Position numbers and translations under genes: made by a program. Below are positions 60,311 to 64,000 of a stretch of 64,000 bases of DNA, piece after piece. Source of the stretch: Squalus acanthias (Eukaryota). The stretch is taken from positions 6,758,001-6,822,000 of the forward strand of contig CM059453.1 in assembly GCA_030390025.1 (NCBI GenBank), read 5' to 3'. The notes beneath the pieces are model-generated. The model saw only the letters and a program-made list of their open reading frames with translations. It ran no database searches and had not been told where the DNA came from. The number at the start of each line of letters is the position of its first letter. Within the stretch, counting starts at the first letter, position 1.

Positions 60311-63300
60311 ATGAAGAGTATTACATTTATTTCCATTCTGCTATTTAGCGCAGGTAAAATATTCATTTTTAATAATGTATGTCAGAAAGAATAACAATGT
60401 TTTAGACATAGCATACGGTTAGTCAATGATTTGTGCATTCACACAGTGGGTATTTAATGTATATTTTATTCGGAACTTTATTATGTATTATATAGGATTG
60501 ATTTGATAATTACGCTATGACTTATTGGCTTGCAATGGAATATTTAATAGAATTTAATGAGTTTTAGAGAAAATTGCACGAATTTCATTAGATGTACGAA
60601 TGAATATGTTAGTGGGTGTTTAAAGGTTAAATTAATAGTATTTAACTTGACGGTCAGGGTATGTTTATATTGCTATATTATTGCGGATTTCAATGGGTGT
60701 ATAATTTCTATTTTTTCACCATTTGTCCATAATTCACGATGGTCTGTGAAGGTGCCGTGGAAGGTGTCGGCGGTGAACAGGTCATGTGCAGAGATCCCGT
60801 GCACATTTGATGATCCCCCCTATGGCCTCAGTCCACTGGGTATGTGGTTAAAGTGGGATCCTGATCCTGTAACCTCAGGGGTCTCGATTATCTATGATTC
60901 CCGGGATTCAGAAAACGTGCCCTTGAAATATAGCGGTCGAGCTGAGTTCACCGGCGAATTTATAAAGAAACAATGTTCCTTACGGTTAAAGGACATCAGC
61001 AAGCTCGATCAAGTTGCCTATTATTTCTTATTGAAGATCATCACCGCCCAGAATAACATAGAAAGATATTCTTCCGGATCTAAGGTCACTCTTTCTATTT
61101 TATGTAAGTATTTGAATTGTTCCTTTATAGTTTATCTTCCATCTCCTCAGTGTCATTTAATTTGAGCTTAAATGTAAAGATTTCTTAATACTCATGGCCC
61201 AAGTTACAGGCTACAGCGGCAGGGCTGGTACACTGCATGATACCCATGATTTTGTTATAGAATAGAATCATAGAATCATAGAATCTTACAGCACAGAAGG
61301 AGGCCATTCGGCCCACCACGCCTGTGCCGGCTCTGTGAAAGAGCTATACAATTTAGTACCACACCCTATGTTTTTCCACAGAAATTGTAAATCAGCCTTG
61401 TTTAGAACAGCTCTAATTGCTTTAAAAAATTCCCATTGAATCGTATTCCACCAGCCTTTCAGGTGGTGCATTCTAAATCTTAGCAACCCTCTGGGTGAAG
61501 AAATTTCACCCCATTTCCCCACAAGTTCTTATGTCAATTGGTTTAAATGTGAGACCTTTGGTTACCAACCCAAATGCCAGAGGAAATTGTTTCTCCTTAA
61601 TTATTCTATCAAAACCCCTCAATTTTGAATAGCACTGTTAGGTCTCCCGTTATCCTTCTCTGCTATAAGGAGAACAAGCCCAGCTTCTCCAATCTCTCCA
61701 CGTAACTGAACGTCCTCATCCCTGGTATTATCCTGGCAAACTGCTTCAGTACCTCCTCCAGGGCCTTGACCTCCTTCCTCAAGTGTAATTCCGAGAATTG
61801 TACACAAAACTCCAGCTGATGCAAAACCAGAGATTTGAGAAACTTGAGCATGACTTCCTTGTTATTGTTTTCAACGCCCCTATGTAAAAAGAACCGAAGT
61901 GTCCTATGTGCTTTCTTTTTAAACGCCTGGTCAATTTACCCTGCCATCTTCAAAGAAATGTCAATATGTACCCCATGTCCCTCTGTTCTTGCAGCCTCCC
62001 TCAAAATGGGACTATTTAGAGTATGATGCCTCTCCATATATTTCTCCCAAAGTGCATTTGTGCTTCACACTTATCCGCAGTAAATTGCATCTGCCATGTG
62101 CCTGCCCATTTTAACAGTCTGTAGATGTACTCCCGAAGTCTGCTACAATCATGCTCACTATTTAATACGTTGCCAAGTTTTGTATCACCCGCAAACTTCG
62201 AACGTTACTCCCAATACGCAAGTCCAGGTCATTTATATAGAAAAAGAATAGCAATGATCCTAATATCGACCTCCTGGGGGATCCCACATCATACTTCGCT
62301 CCTGTCAGAAAAGCAGCCGTTCACCACGACTCTCTGCCTCCTATCCCTTAGCCAATTTCCTAATCACGTTGCCACCATCCCTTAAATACACTGTTCTTCT
62401 ATATTCCGAATAGTCTGTTATGAGTTACTTCATCCAATGCCTTTTGAACGTCCACATATACAACATCTACTGTACTACCTTCATCAACCCTCTCTATTAC
62501 TTCATCAAAGAACTCAATCGGGATAGTCAGTCACGATTTGCCTTTAACAAAGCCCTGCTGGCTTCCCTAATAAACCCATGCGTCTCCAAGTGAGAATTAA
62601 TCTCGTCCTTCACAGTGGACTTATTTAGCTTTCCCACCATTGACGTTAGACTGATTAAGCTGTAGTTCCCAGGATCATCCGTCTCCACTTTTTTGAACAG
62701 CGGTGTAACAGTTGAAATCCTCTAGTCTTCTGGTACCACTGCAATATCCATGAAGGATTGAGAGATTGTGGTCAGAGCTTCTTCTATATCCATCCTAGCT
62801 TCTTCAGCAACCTCGGATGCATCCCATCTGGACCAGTTGACTTGTTATGTTTTGACCTGAACAGATATTCAGCACTGCCATTCTTACACACTTACAGAAA
62901 CTGGCTGTAATGTTCAGTTAGAAAGAGAAACACTAAATGTTGTTTTCAGATGTACAGACTGGCGGGTCAAAATTCAATCCTTCGTGGATTCTGGACAAAA
63001 ATGTCAAGGTTTGTACTTCTGAAGGGGAATAAGTGGACAAGATTTAAGGATAAGAGGGATATCTCAGCAATGCAATAGTGACCAGATGATCTGTTTTCGG
63101 TGCTGGTTTATGCAATATATGAACCAGGACACGGGTATTTGAAATAATATATTGGGATACTTTACATCCACCTGTGAGGGAAGACGGGTCATCGGTTTAA
63201 CGTCTCTTCCATCAGATGTCATCTCCAGCATTGTAGCATTGCATCAGTACTGCAATGAAGTGTCAGGCTACAGCTTGTGATTTAGTCTCTGAATTGGGGC

Positions 63301-64000
63301 TTGAAACCCTAACCGGGTCTTGCTTTCTTCTGATATCTTTGCACTTTCCGCTGTTGTTAATGGGAACAAACGAGGATAGTTAACCTTTTCCTCTCCCTGA
63401 AGACCATCTGCAGCGCTCCTATCACGACGTTAAATGAGGTCAAATTAATTATAAGCAAGAGTTAAATTCACCCCTGTGCCTCATAGTGTAAATTAAGCGT
63501 TTCACGTGACACTGAGCCATTAGTCTAAGAGTATCCTAGATTCTATCCCAAATGCAGATATGGAACGTAAACTTGGACCCAGTTTTCTATGTTTTGTCAG
63601 ACCTAATGTTGAGTTGAAGCACTTGTGTTCAATAGAGTGGTGACTGAACTATAAGAAACAGGCCAGCAATGAATAATTCATGTGATATAGTGGGTGATAA
63701 TTAGGTTCAGGAACACATATATCAACCGATTGATTCCGTAACCGTTAAGTAATAACTGAAAATAGGCTCCTTCCCCTGCACCATAGAGTCATAACGGCAC
63801 AGAAGGAGGTCATTCGGCCCATCGAGTCCGTGTCCGTCACCAGAGAACAATGGAAAAAACAATAATTTTATTCAAGATATTATCTGAGACGTTGGGCTGA
63901 ATCGCCTTGACTTTCACTCCATATTTTATTATTTTGAAAGCCACTGTAACGCGAATTTCTTTCTCTCCTTACAGATAAGTCCTGGATATCAGTCTCTGGG
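60311..64000 (+). pseudogene. Siglec-like paralog B2 (leader 60311-60353, V 60723-61103, next exon starts at 63975; truncated by window)
   Basis: Near-identical to B1, including the CAT acceptor; downstream lesions lie outside the window. Confidence 0.75.
61255..62840 (-). mobile_element. Degenerate CR1 LINE (copy of 23215-24685)
   Basis: Same element; keeps about 125 bp that is deleted in copy 1. Confidence 0.85.

Larger units (their letters stand above)
43630..64000. repeat. Segmental duplication, copy 2 (runs off window end)
   Basis: Collinear with about 1010-25848. Confidence 0.95.

Overview
Vertebrate genomic DNA, most likely from a cartilaginous fish (shark-type CR1 LINEs, Deu-domain SINEs, Penelope and Tx1 fragments). 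The window holds a tandemly duplicated cluster of Siglec/MAG-like Ig-superfamily receptor genes that the ORF track shows only in pieces. Gene A is present in two apparently intact minus-strand copies (A1 3871-19818; A2 46230-57910). Each has 8 coding exons giving about 543 aa: leader, V-set, three C2-type domains, TM, and a tail with VIYSRV, IAYATV and CEYAAI/CEYAGI motifs. It has the Siglec cysteine signature but Ser at the essential sialic-acid-binding Arg. Each A copy sits head-to-head with a disabled paralog B (+ strand). Two tail exons of a further paralog C (- strand, about 32-34 kb) survive, one with its ITIM split by a nested MITE. Both A copies conserve a second acceptor that would read the last exon in an open ITIM-free frame, and a candidate stop-containing cassette exon. 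The mobile fraction includes a PIF/Harbinger-like MITE family with 3-bp AWT target-site duplications (TSDs), two near-full-length CR1 LINEs, a Penelope end with a degenerate hammerhead motif, and a TSD-flanked chimera of initiator tRNA-Met and a Tx1 LINE 3' end. There is a 700-N gap at 38796-39495. All exon calls were made by hand from splice signals and reading phase, with no transcript evidence.
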